This document shows, in pieces, positions 43,893 through 60,500 of a stretch of DNA of 64,000 bases. The notes under the pieces were generated by a model. It ran no database searches. It was not told where the DNA came from and worked only from the letters and a program-made list of their open reading frames with translations. The translations under genes and the position numbers were made by a program. The DNA is from Balanoglossus misakiensis (Eukaryota > Animalia > Hemichordata). Each line of letters begins with the position of its first letter. Within the stretch, counting starts at the first letter, position 1. Where the stretch lies: NCBI GenBank assembly GCA_040954595.2, contig CM082589.2:2411498-2475497 (forward strand), read 5' to 3'.

Positions 43893-46708
43893 GAGCAGAC
43901 ACTACCGATAGTTTTAGACTGAAGTTGAATATCTTGTGGAAAATGAAAAACTATATAATTCAAACAGGATGCTATAAAAACGATGGCAAATTTTAAAACT
44001 GTGCATTGCTGTATCCATGGAGATTTCTATACTCTGCCACATTTTTGTGGTATATTTTTTCTCAACCTTTAAGATAGACTGGAAGTATATAAAGAAATTT
44101 AACCATAGCACATTAAAATTTAACTTTGTAAAATACTGCTTTAGAAAAAGGACAGAAAAAATCTTTTTGACTGGAAAGCCCAAACTATCGTGTACTATAT
44201 ATTTTACTTTTGTTTCTGCGTTTACTCATATTTAGATGATACAAGCAAGTAGATTTCTAAAGTTGTTTGTTCAGTGTAAAAATGCAATAAATCAGGATGT
44301 AGAAAAGACATTTTTGCTCTTATTACGTGTTATACTGTGCTGTGAGATCCAGTTATTGTGTGTTGAAAGAAAACTTATACTGTATTTATTTTACATGGTT
44401 CAATTTATACACTGATTTTACCATTTGTTTCATAAATAGTGAATCTTTTTACAGAGAGACTTTCCAGATAATTGTTCATTGAATCAGGTGACTTTATTGT
44501 GAAAAAAGGTTGTAAATGCTGTATTTTTTCGCATGATTGTGGATCCAACAGATTTAAAAAAAGAAACATGTTTAAAGGAGTTTAATATGAGAAACAGCAA
44601 TGCATAGTTTGTGACTTGTGATATTTTGTGTGGGTCCATCTTTAGACCCATAGCTGTTTGTGCATACACTTAGCTTTTGACATTTTACTAATAAAATCTT
44701 TTTTTTTTTGTATGTAGAGTATTTCCCCCTGCCCCCTTTTATGTGGTCAGGTTTTCAGTGTTTGACAGAGCGCTTTTGGGGTTGAAACATGATTTTTTGA
44801 GTCTTTGTTTGTGTTATGTAATTGTCCATTTCAGATTTCATTAAAGAACATTGCATAGGTCAAATATATTGTGTCTTACATTTAAACAGACTTTGGATGT
44901 TGTGTGTTTACTAGTATATCTGGATTGTCTGTGTGTGGGACTTGTGTGGAGATGTTATTGTATCCACGACTTTCCTTTGAAGTGTCACTTTTCTACTCAG
45001 TACAACTTGAACTTCGAAGCTTGCCACATCTTTACAATTCTTAAGATTCAGGAATTTAGTATTTGATACTTGTTGAAAATGCTTTTTTTCAAATTTTCTT
45101 TTAAAAACTGTAAAGAGAATTTCAATTTTTAAAATGCTGTTATTTTGTAAGGACTTTAAAAGGGATTCTTGAATTTGTCGCCTGCTTTCAGAATTTTTGT
45201 TTCATTTTGCCAAATTTTATAGAAGCTCCATTATTGGTATTTAGAAAAAAAAGTATATATCATGGTTAAAAATTTTGTGCGATGTAAACCTTTCTTACGG
45301 CCCATTCTAGAGATTCTTAACTTTGAAAAAAAATGTATTCAGACTTTATGAAATTCTCAGGATTTTGGAAAATTTCCTGTCAGCTTACCTCCTACATTTA
45401 TATAATTTCAGTATTCCGTATTAATTTATGAAATTTACAAAAAGTGATGTGGCTTCATGAGAGTACTTCAGATCAGATTAACAGTAGCAACTACAGACTG
45501 AATTGTTTTATATCAACTTATCCCGAGGGACCAGAATTTTAAGTCTTCACCAATCCTGCAAAAGGCTGGCCTTTTTTTGTTTCCTTGTCACCGTTAACAT
45601 TACAATTCAATTCAGTCCTTTGAACGAGTTTTGTGTGGTTTTGTGATAACTGGTTTTGTAATTTCCTTTGTAGAAATAAAAAATGCTTTTCAAAATAATT
45701 CTGTACTGTTTACTGGATTCAGATGGATTGATCAGGAAACGCAAACGCTGGGACCTGCAAATGAAAGGGTTTGCATGATTCACAGACAGGCAGTTCAGTC
45801 AGACATGATCTGTGTACTTTTGAAATAAACCACCAAAACAGGAAACCTATGAAGACAAATAACTTCACAATAGCTTCAGCTGTTTGACACAGACAGTGAG
45901 CTCATTGGATAACAAATTGGAACTCGGGTAATAAGTGTGGTACCATGTACCAGCCTACCCCCGGTGCATGTTTGGGTATTTTATGTAGGTCACATGAATT
46001 TGAAGAGGAAAGCAGCAAACATCTGCTACATGGTGAGTTTATGAGCAAAATCCCCCAACCACTTTCTCATGTTGGCATTAATCTTGCATCATGCATGCCA
46101 GTACGACCGAAATTATTTTACATGTCCACTACATTTGTGATGACAACGCCTGTGACATCAATCATGCACCAACAGTTACCAGATTACATTAATTATCCTT
46201 ATCCAGTGTGATATAGTAGGATTGTTAATACCGAACGGATGACTGATAAATAGAGCTAACTTCGGTATGTTTTTACTTCAATTTCACATTCACTGTTCTT
46301 GTATTCTTGCCTTTTTGCAGAACGTTTACTATAGAATAGCACGTATTGTCTGAGGAAGCATGCGCCCTCTAACGACAAGACGTTAATAAAACTAAATTAT
46401 TGACAATTTTATGTATATTTCTGCGAATGCACTTCGTGGATTTTTTGGTCGCGGTATTGCTTGTTAGGGCTGTGAATACATTTGATAAAAATAATGCCTG
46501 AAATGAATTAAAGCAATTTGTAATGGCAGTGATGCCGCCGCTGGTTTCAACATGTGTGTACTACGTCATCATTTTCTGTGGTGTGACCCCATGCGGAAGT
46601 TCAAACAACAAGCGTGCACGAGCAGTTGTGTCGCTATCATTGTTGCTTGCGTGCTGCGTATGTTTTAACTTATCAGAGTCATTTCTAGCCGCTCTGTTGT
46701 TCGTCAAA

Positions 46709-49269
<2,561 letters not shown>

Positions 49270-52123
49270 CCTTTGAACCATGACACCGTAGACATTTTGA
49301 AAAAGTTTTTGTCTTCTGTCATGTTTTGGTACTGCCCTCAAGACACGATCTTTGACCTTTGCGATAGCATGGACAGATAGGTCACAGGTCAATTAGAGTT
49401 ATACATAAACTGTTACCAGTGTAGGGACTGCTTCTATAGTTCCAAAACCAGCTGAAAAGATTTCAGAGTTAACTTTTAGTCAGTGCAGGTATTAATTTTG
49501 GTATCAGCTTGTTCCAGAAATTTTGAGGCTTACATATTAAACAGGCCGCACCATGGCATACTTCACTTCATTCAAAGTTGCTGAACTTTTCATGCACCAT
49601 TGTGGCAGCAAGCTATGCATACAATGTTTCTATTATCTATGCTTTAAGTTTTTGGATTCCTGGTTACCACTTGAGACATTAAATACAGACCAGGTAAACA
49701 TTATGAGAATTTTTGTTCCAACATGTACCAATTTTCAGTTGGTGAGCAACCCAACAATGAACAATCTTGTGACTAAAGATTGCTGCATTCTGTTTTCTGT
49801 CACTGACTTATGTTTTCATTCTTTATTCTGGACTATTGAATAATATTTGAATATATAGCCAGCATCCAGTTTTCAGAGATTTTTTTGGTCTTCATGTCAT
49901 TTGTAAAGCTATGATGCCTTTGGAAATCTTAATGTATTATTTCGACCCTTAGTGATAAACATGATCGATGCAATTGAGATTCCTATGTGTATTTATGAAC
50001 TGTTCCGCCGACGGCCACATGTCTTCAGTCTAAGATGGAAGTTGTAAGTTATAAATTACGGTTTTGAGGACTGGTGAATGCCCTTCAGAGCACGTGTTCG
50101 TTGGTAGTGCGCCCTCTACAGCTCAGACTGGTTCAGACCAAATTATTAGACCTCCGATGACCTCTCCCTCTATGAGAGCCGATATAGATATCAACTACCA
50201 GCCGGGTCAGTTTGCGGGATAGATCATACTACCATACCATAATTGTGAAACATGAACTCTACATGAGTGTCAATCAGAAGTGGTCGTATCACCCTTTTAT
50301 TTTTGCGCCTCTTGCATTATGCACTGTAGTAGTGGCCGTAGATAACTACTGTTGACCACACCCTCTTTCTGTTCCGTGTCCCTTCCTCTTCGTAACGAAA
50401 GTTTGCAAATGCCAAATGCGATGACTCAGAAGGCATTGTGCTTTGGGCTTTCACAAACCGGCGCGCCTTTTCACCAAAGATAAATCAATTAGTTTCAACT
50501 CTCAAAATGAAGTGAAAGTTAATTAATGTTTCAATATTTACTCACCATACTGTTACAATTGAGAAATATCTGATATTCTGGCTCGGAGCCTATTTATTTA
50601 TCGGCGAGGTGGCGATTGTAAAATTTGGGCGAACTCGACAAACAACCACGCGAGAAAAAAGGCGTTTGCTCCAGTCGCCAGATCACGTCACCATGACACG
50701 TTATGAGAGCAGTGTGATAATTCATCGGAGTCTGTCACACAGCTGAGACATTCAACATCTGGTTAATGCCACATGCCGTGTCAACAGTGAGCCAATCAGG
50801 TCGCGTATAGGCAAATTCACCCTGTCAAACATTGACTAGATCTGTGAACAAGAATTGGATTTTATTGCCTCGGCCAATTTGCCAGCGGCCTAAATACCAG
50901 AGGGAACTACAATATCTTTAAATCAGCTTACAGCAAATTGGCTGATGAATTGATCTTCTTTTTGGATTTTTGTTGGTTTTCTTTCTTGCAATTGGCAATC
51001 ACTTCCCGATGACTACAGCTACTACAGCACTGGATCTGAGAAGTGAAAACCTCAATTTGCCAGTCGTATACAAATCGGACAAAGCAGGTAGCGCTTGTAA
51101 AATGAAAATAAGGAAATGAGAAAAATCACACCTCTGTTAACTGCCCTGGATTTAACCGAGCACAAACGTGTCTGAAAGCTGACAACTTCTTCGATAACAT
51201 TAAACACAACTTTCGTAAATATAAAAAACAGCCTCTTGAAAAAACACCAAACACATTTGGTCATTAATTCAGGTAAATTCGTTGGTCGGTATGAATGACG
51301 GATCATTGCCAGCAATCAATCAGTCTGGCTGTCCGTGGACAAAGCGATATTATATATAGGCTGTACATGTATATAAACGTAAACCATGGAAGGGCTAATT
51401 TTTTATTACCTGGATGATAACAAGCGATATGATTCTGGTAACCTATTCCCCAGTCTATATTTAGCAACTACTGTAGTTTTCTATAGCATTCTTCAAGGCA
51501 AGTGTACGATGTGTATACTTAAGGCCTAAGTGGCTTGACTTCGTCCATCTGTAAGGTCACTTCGGTCAAGAGTTCGCTGTTATACTCATATTTTGCCGCG
51601 AAAAAATGAAAAATGAGCATTTGCCGGACATTATATGTCAATCATAAAAACTGGGTTCTGCTGGGTTCAGAGATAATCCTTCCGTCAGTGATATTCTGTT
51701 GAGTTGCTTTTGGCGTTGTTCTGCTTGAAGGACGGACGCGATGTCCAACATACCGTGAAACCGTCCAGAGAATGTTAAGATAATTCCTACGCAGCGATGG
51801 TGTAGTGTTGCTCGAAGAATGTTTGGTAGCCACCATGTCTCGGACTCGTCTGAGGTGACGTGACACAGCACATGCAAAGCGGCGGTTGACACTGTCTTTC
51901 CAAGGGACCAGAAGCTTTCTGAATTCCAAAAAGAGCGTCTCTCCAGTTTGCAATCTTTTTGACAATAATGCTGTCAACTGTCCAAAAACCGTTCAATCCA
52001 AGCTTCTTTGAATATTGACTGAGGAAAAATACGTTGCTAAAGTTAAAATAAAGTTCTAAAGCGGGCGATAACTACGTTCTCTCAGGGCGCCATTTTTATG
52101 GTACTTCATATGGTTGTCCTGTT

Positions 52124-52453
52124 TCACTCCCTGACCATGGGAGCAGACGTCGGTATAGATTTCAATTCCTGGGCTTCTTGAGTCAGAGCGCAGAGAGGAC
52201 AAAAGCAGTGATACAGAAGATCGCCGACGAATGATCCGTCGATGTTGTGCTGCTCGCGGATTTTCCCGCGGACTTGCGCCGCGCAGAAGAAGTTGACGAG
52301 AGGCACCAGGTAGAGTAGACCATGCACGCAGCATCCTTCGCCGACGGCCTCCGCGTTCTTGCCCGCCGTGTAGCAGGGAGCGAGATAGGTGATGACGCAC
52401 AGGCCACAATCGCTGAAGCACCCGCAAAGTCCACGAGCCCACGTTCCTGACAT
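52124..52453 (-). CDS. PLAC8/cornifelin family cysteine-rich protein, copy 1
   Basis: WARGLCGCFSDCGLCVITYLAPCYTAGKNA..RGKIREQHNIDGSFVGDLLYHCFCPLCALTQEAQEL is the PLAC8 signature. Confidence 0.93.
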   Translation of the reverse strand: MSGTWARGLCGCFSDCGLCVITYLAPCYTAGKNAEAVGEGCCVHGLLYLVPLVNFFCAAQVRGKIREQHNIDGSFVGDLLYHCFCPLCALTQEAQELKSIPTSAPMVRE

Positions 52454-54311
52454 CCTGATTTGGATTATTCTCTACTGTCCACGAAACAAAATGTCACAGA
52501 AGAGAACCCGCGTGAGAGATTGTAACTTGACGGCCGTCCGCGAAAGATGTGAAGTTGACGTGTCTGTTTGTCCTCCGCTCCTTAAATTTATAGCTCTAAC
52601 CGAGCGAGGGGAGTGGTGTATTTGCACAAATCAATCATGTTTCGAAAGTTCTGTTTATTTCAACGTCAGAGCTTCGCTATATTTGCGGGCACTTGCTCTA
52701 ATTTACGACCCCATTCGGCCCAAAATCAAGGTTAAGTGCCTGGTTAAGTGTTAACATTCTGAATCCCAAAACTAATTCAAACGTGATGCAGAAACATGTT
52801 TATCATTCATAGAAGTGAAACGTTTGGATATTTACTTATTCTGTCATTACAAAATTTCACATATATTCGGGAGAAATAAAAAATACACATGTAACTCCTT
52901 ATTCAGGGACAGTTTTTTCGCTGGACTCCTCATCACAAATTGGTAGGAACACCCCTGCATATATGTAGACTCGCCCATACTGTCGGTTATGTCTGGAAAC
53001 AAACTTACACAGGGTTATAAGAAAGGTCATCGCTTAACGCCCATGATGTCGTGTCGGATTTCGACATCAGTGCCACACGATGCTGGCTCAGTAATTGCAG
53101 TATCGACTGTTTTATCAACAGATGCCTCAGCAAATACCGGTGACCAAGTTCCTTATGGAACATTATTTCGATGGACACACCTCATTCCGGAGGTTTGTGC
53201 GTGTCCCCCGCGTGTCAGACAGAAAATCGTTATAAATAAAATTTAAGGGAAAGTTGATAAGTCCATTGCCGAACTGCTAGGAAAGAATGGATTTCAGAGC
53301 CTAAGGGGGCGAGCCAATAACTCTCGACATAATTAAGTTGTGTCAGCTACATGCGCTTTTCACGTAAGTAAATGCAAAGGGTACCAGAGTTCCAGCGTTT
53401 CATCTAACATGTGGAATTGCCGGACTTGTTCAATCATGCCATTCACGCCCAACCCGCTGTAAGCCTAACGTGTATTTACACTAAATGCCTGTTACAAGTC
53501 TTCGTAAAGTGGAAACGAAAATTTCCAACAAAGGTTACTACAATTATAACAAAGTCGTCTTGGGAGTTTTATTTTAACGTCAGAATAACACAAATACAGA
53601 AAACTAGTCTAGTGCATTGAGGCAGTTGTCGTCGAAACAAGAAAATCTCCATTGCATTCGCAATCATTCTCGAAGGGAAAGATATATACATGTATAACTC
53701 GTCAACAAAATCTGTCGATAACATGTACAAAGGTTTAATTGCGCGTGATTCCCCCGAACAGATTGCAAGTCACAGTTTCGATTCTTCCATTATCTTGGTC
53801 CTCAAAACTTAGGAAAATACCAACACCATATTTTCATTCATTGTACGTTCAGGATGCATACGATTTAGTTCAGTACAATACTCTCTATATCACGAGAATG
53901 ACGGGGCCCAACCGCGACGAAGAAGAGTTCTTAGCACCAGAATTGTCAGGAATTGTGAAGTTGACGACATGAAGTGATTTCTAAATTGAAGTGACGGTAC
54001 ATCAAAATTGGTTTTGCAGCTGCAGTATGTATTCCAGACGATTGTGATTCGGAGACGAAGGAGTGAAGAAATTATAGTTAATCTGTGACTTGTTCACTTT
54101 CATGTGCTGTGTTGCGGTGGAAAAGAATCATCTTTTGACTCCTCTGTGCGTATCCATACCTCTTTTCGTGGTCTCATCCTATAGATTGATTGTCTTTAGC
54201 TCTTTGTCACAAACAATCATTGTTGAAACTCTCGCAGTGGACAAGGAAGACGTGCAAACCAATAGTGCTAGTTACATGTGCGTTACTTTACTTCGAAAAG
54301 CGGAGGTTCAT

Positions 54312-54650
54312 TCAATTTCGTTCAATCGTCTCCGCCGGTACAGCGACTGTGACACCTATCTTCAACTGGCGTGCCTCCTGTATGATGGCGCAGAACCCGC
54401 AGAAGAGGTAGGTCACACAATCGCCAGGGCAGGTGCCGCCGATGCCGTGCCTGGCACGCACTTTCCCTCGGGTCTTCAGCGCGCAGACGAAATTGGCCAC
54501 GGGAACGAAGAAGCAGACGCTGGCCATACAGCAGCTATCGCCGACACCCTGGGCGTTCTTGCCGAAGGTGTAGCATGGTACGAAGTAGGTCAGAATGCAC
54601 AAGCCGCAGTCGCCGAAACAACCGAACAAGCCGATATCCCAGTCTCCCAT
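54312..54650 (-). CDS. PLAC8/cornifelin family cysteine-rich protein, copy 2
   Basis: MGDWDIGLFGCFGDCGLCILTYFVPCYTFGKNA..RGKVRARHGIGGTCPGDCVTYLFCGFCAIIQEARQL. Confidence 0.93.
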   Translation of the reverse strand: MGDWDIGLFGCFGDCGLCILTYFVPCYTFGKNAQGVGDSCCMASVCFFVPVANFVCALKTRGKVRARHGIGGTCPGDCVTYLFCGFCAIIQEARQLKIGVTVAVPAETIERN

Positions 54651-56024
54651 CTTGAAATTCACACTCCCGTTTGGCTAAACTTCTCAACAGAAAAAGAGCA
54701 AGTTGTACTTTTCGCGAAATGACAAAAGACACTGTTTCGGCAGGACTGTGGTCAAATATTTTTATAGTTGGGGGTATTTTTGTCTGTTTGATTTATGTTG
54801 TCATGGCAAATTGGGCAGTTTGCGTCGGCGACCCTAAATCCACAGAATCGACCAAATATATTTGCCCAACAGACGGAACAAAGGGAAAAGTGCCGACATT
54901 ACCTATGGTCCCATCTTTTGTTTTTAAGTGCAACATTCAAACTAACCTGTAGTCCGTCAATGATGTGAAAGTGAATAGGATTTTCTCGGACAAATTTGCT
55001 TTTAGTATAATAATGACATGAATATCGGACAACACCAAACGTCAATAGTGGTCACGTGACTCTATTCGCGAAGTAATAGCACATTGGCAGCAACTTGTCA
55101 GGTCACCGAGTTACTCGCTCATTTTTCGGTATGCTCATTTCCATGGCAACAAGAAAGGTCAACATTTAACAATTCTGGAGCACAAATTAAAGTTTGTCAT
55201 CCGAAGTAACTGTCCTACTTTCGCCGCTTTAAAAAAATTGCTCAGAACGTGGAATTTTGGTATTGGTTTGCTCGCTTTTGACAGGCATAGGGTGCAGATT
55301 GAAACGCCCTCAAAGTTACCAACAATTTAGCACGTGGAATGTTTAGCCTCATTTACATAAGTGTACCTCGTGCGTTCCAGTGTGCGTCACCCAGTAATAT
55401 TTTGGCCAGTTTGCGCGTCGTGTTCATGGCGATGGCTATTTGTACAGTTTAACGCTTTTGTAGTTTAATGGAAAGTGGTGACGTAACAGCAGTGATTTGT
55501 CCTATAGGTTTGTAAATATTTTTTTAGAAAGACTGTTTATCCCCTGATAACATTTGCATAAGCTCGGGGGAATCACCTAGGACAACGATGACTTTGATCG
55601 GAGAAATATTTTTCCTCGTTCATTTCAACGATTTTATTTAATGTTATCACGGGCAAAAAATCTTGATACCAATCGTGCGGGACCTCACATTTTGGGCCGG
55701 ACTATCTGCAACCACAGGTGACCGACATTAGTCAGCGATAACTTTAGGTCTATAGGTTTAGAACCCCCAGGTTTGCATCAGGGTGAACGGGAACCAGGCT
55801 GCACAATTTTGTCTTCAGAAAGTCAGTGGAATTCAAGACGTGAACAGCAGAAACTTAAGGCAAGTGAACTATCGATTGGTTTTCCAGTAAAATGCTGTCA
55901 GGACTCTAAGTTCGTATTTGAATACGCAAAGTCTCCCATTTTCGACATTATTTTGGTTTGGTAATTATTTTGTTCATAGATGTATGCATTTGTAATATTG
56001 AACTGAGCTGGCTTTTTTTTCCAG

Positions 56025-56970
<946 letters not shown>

Positions 56971-57559
56971 CTGGATGCACTGTTGGACGGGAACTTCGCC
57001 AAATACTGGCCGAACTCACCCACAGTGACTGTTTCAAAAGTTTTGAAAGGGATTTAGAGGATTAGAACTTTTTTTACGTCAATATTGACAGAAGACGAGG
57101 ATATGTTCAGCAAGTAACCATATTGGATAGACTGCCAGTTGTGATATATTGAAAAACACGACGAGGAATGGTGATCATCAGCGCCGTCTAGTTATAATAA
57201 ACATATACATACATACATAAATAAATAAAAACATAAATAAATCATAAACAAATAAAGTAAATTGGCTATTATGAGCAAGAGTAAAAAAGAGTATTATTAT
57301 TATTATTAATGTTAGGCTTTGTGTTTTGATTGGAAAGAAATATCGGATGTTTCCATTCGTAAGATTTGTAAACTGGCTAAGGCTATTTCAGTATTAAACA
57401 GGAAATATGTTTCTACCATATCAGCAAAGGCAATAAAGACTTTCAAAAAAAGAAAAGAAAAACAATTTAAGCAATTGTCTGTCTAATTTAATGCACATAT
57501 CAATATTTTCCTCAAAAGGCGGGGAGGGGGGCAACTTTAAACAGTTGAAGTCCGTATAT

Positions 57560-60500
57560 GAAAAATGACAATTTTTCGATTTTGCGAAATCTCAAAATTT
57601 CTTCGTTTTTTGATAAAAATCATTGGTTATAGCTCATGAAAATCATCAAAAAATGACAATTTTTCTACTTTACGAAATCTCAAAATTTCTTCATTTTCAT
57701 GAGCTATAACCCATGGTTTTTATCAAAAAATGACCAAATTTTGAAAATTCGCGGAATCGAAAAATCGTCGATTTTTGAAGATTTTCATGAGCTATAACCC
57801 ATGATTTTTTCAAAAATCGGTCAAATTTTGAAATTCCGCAAAGTCGAAAAATTCTCATTTTTGGATGATTTTCATGAGCTATAACCCATGATTTTTTCAA
57901 AAATCGGCCAAATTTTGAAATTCCGCAAAGTCGAAAAATTCTCATTTTTGGATGATTTTCATGAGCTATAACCCATGATTTTTTCAAAAATCGGCCAAAT
58001 TTTGAAATTCCGCAAAGTCGAAAAATTCTCATTTTTGGATGATTTTCATGAGCTATAACCCATGATTTTTTCAAAAATCGGCCAAATTTTGAAATTCCGC
58101 AAAGTTGAAAAATTCTCATTTTTGGATGATTTTCATGATCTATAACCCATGATTTTTTCAAAAATCGGCCAAATTTTGAAATTCCGCGAAGTCGAAAAAT
58201 TGACATTTCTGGATGATTTTCATGAGCTATAACCCATGGTTTTTGTCGAAAAACCACCAAATTTTGAAATTTCGCGAAGTCGAAAAATTGACATTTCTGG
58301 ATGATTTTCATGAGCTATAACCCATGGTTTTTGTCGAAAAACCACCAAATTTTGAAATTTCGCGAAGTCGAAAAATTGACATTTCTGGATGATTTTCATG
58401 AGCTATAACCCATGGTTTTTGTCGAAAAACAACCAAATTTTGAAATTTCGCGAAGTCGAAAAATTGACATTTCTGGATGATTTTCATGAGCTATAACCCA
58501 TGGTTTTTGTCGAAAAACCACCAAATTTTGAAATTTGGCGAAGTCGAAAAATTGACATTTCTGGATGATTTTCATGAGCTATAACCCATGGTTTTTGTCG
58601 AAAAACCACCAAATTTTGAAATTTCGCGAAGTCGAAAAATTGACATTTCTGGATGATTTTCATGAGCTATAACCCATGGTTTTTGTCGAAAAACCACCAA
58701 ATTTTGAAATTTCGCGAAGTCGAAAAATTGACATTTCTGGATGATTTTCATGAGCTATAACCCATGGTTTTTGTCGAAAAACCACCAAATTTTGAAATTT
58801 CGCGAAGTCGAAAAATTGACATTTCTGGATGATTTTCATGAGCTATAACCCATGGTTTTTGTCGAAAAACCACCATATTTTGAAATTTCGCGAAGTCGAA
58901 AAATTGACATTTCTGGATGATTTTCATGAGCTATAACCCATGATTTTTTCAAAAATCGGCCAAATTTTGAAATTCCGCAAAGTCGAAAAATTCTCATTTT
59001 TGGATGATTTTCATGAGCTATAACCCATGATTTTTTCAAAAAATCGGCCAAATTTTGAAATTCCGCAAAGTCGAAAAATTCTCATTTTTGGATGATTTTC
59101 ATGAGCTATAACCCATGATTTTTTCAAAAATCGGCCAAATTTTGAAATTCCGCGAAGTCGAAAAATTGACATTTCTGGATGATTTCAATGAGCTATAACC
59201 CATGGTTTTTGTCGAAAAACCACCAAATTTTGAAATTTCGCGAAGTCGAAAAATTGACATTTCTGGATGATTTTCATGAGCTATAACCCATGGTTTTTGT
59301 CGAAAAACCACCAAATTTTGAAATTTCGCGAAGTCGAAAAATTGACATTTCTGGATGATTTTCATGAGCTATAACCCATGGTTTTTGTCGAAAAACCACC
59401 AAATTTTGAAATTTCGCGAAGTCGGAAAATTGACATTTCTGGATGATTTTCATGAGCTATAACCCATGGTTTTTGTCGAAAAACCACCATATTTTGAAAT
59501 TTCGCGAAGTCGAAAAATTGACATTTCTGGATGATTTTCATGAGCTATAACCCATGATTTTTTCAAAAATCGGCCAAATTTTGAAATTCCGCAAAGTCGA
59601 AAAATTCTCATTTTTGGATGATTTTCATGAGCTATAACCCATGATTTTTTCAAAAATCGGCCAAATTTTGAAATTCCGCAAAGTCGAAAAATTCTCATTT
59701 TTGGATGATTTTCATGAGCTATAACCCATGATTTTTTCAAAAATCGGCCAAATTTTGAAATTCCGCGAAGTCGAAAAATTGACATTTCTGGATGATTTTC
59801 ATGAGCTATAACCCATGGTTTTTGTCGAAAAACCACCAAATTTTGAAATTTGGCGAAGTCGAAAAATTGACATTTCTGGATGATTTTCATGAGCTATAAC
59901 CCATGGTTTTTGTCGAAAAACCACCAAATTTTGAAATTTCGCGAAGTCGAAAAAATGACATTTCTTGATGATTTTCATGAGCTATAACCCATGGTTTTTG
60001 TCGAAAAACCACCAAATTTTGAAATTTCGCGAAGTCGAAAAATTGACATTTCTAGATGATTTTCATGAGCTATAACCCATGGTTTTTGTCGAAAAACCAC
60101 CAAATTTTGAAATTTCGCGAAGTCGAAAAATTGACATTTCTGGATGATTTTCATGAGCTATAACCCATGGTTTTTGTCGAAAAACCACCAAATTTTGAAA
60201 TTTCGCGAAGTCGAAAAAATGACATTTCTGGATGATTTTCATGAGCTATAACCCATGATTTTTTCAAAAATCGGCCAAATTTTGAAATTCCGCAAAGTCG
60301 AAAAATTCTCATTTTTGGATGATTTTCATGAGCTATAACCCATGATTTTTTCAAAAATCGGCCAAATTTTGAAATTCCGCGAAGTCGAAAAATTGACATT
60401 TCTGGATGATTTTCATGAGCTATAACCCATGGTTTTTGTCGAAAAACCACCAAATTTTGAAATTTGGCGAAGTCGAAAAATTGACATTTCTGGATGATTT

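Noticed and set aside
43334-43996. Ala/Thr/Val- or Pro-rich ORFs listed in the track on both strands
   Set aside because: They are shadow frames of the Gly/Trp-rich terminal exon, whose true frame is set by the phase-2 splice from 43321.
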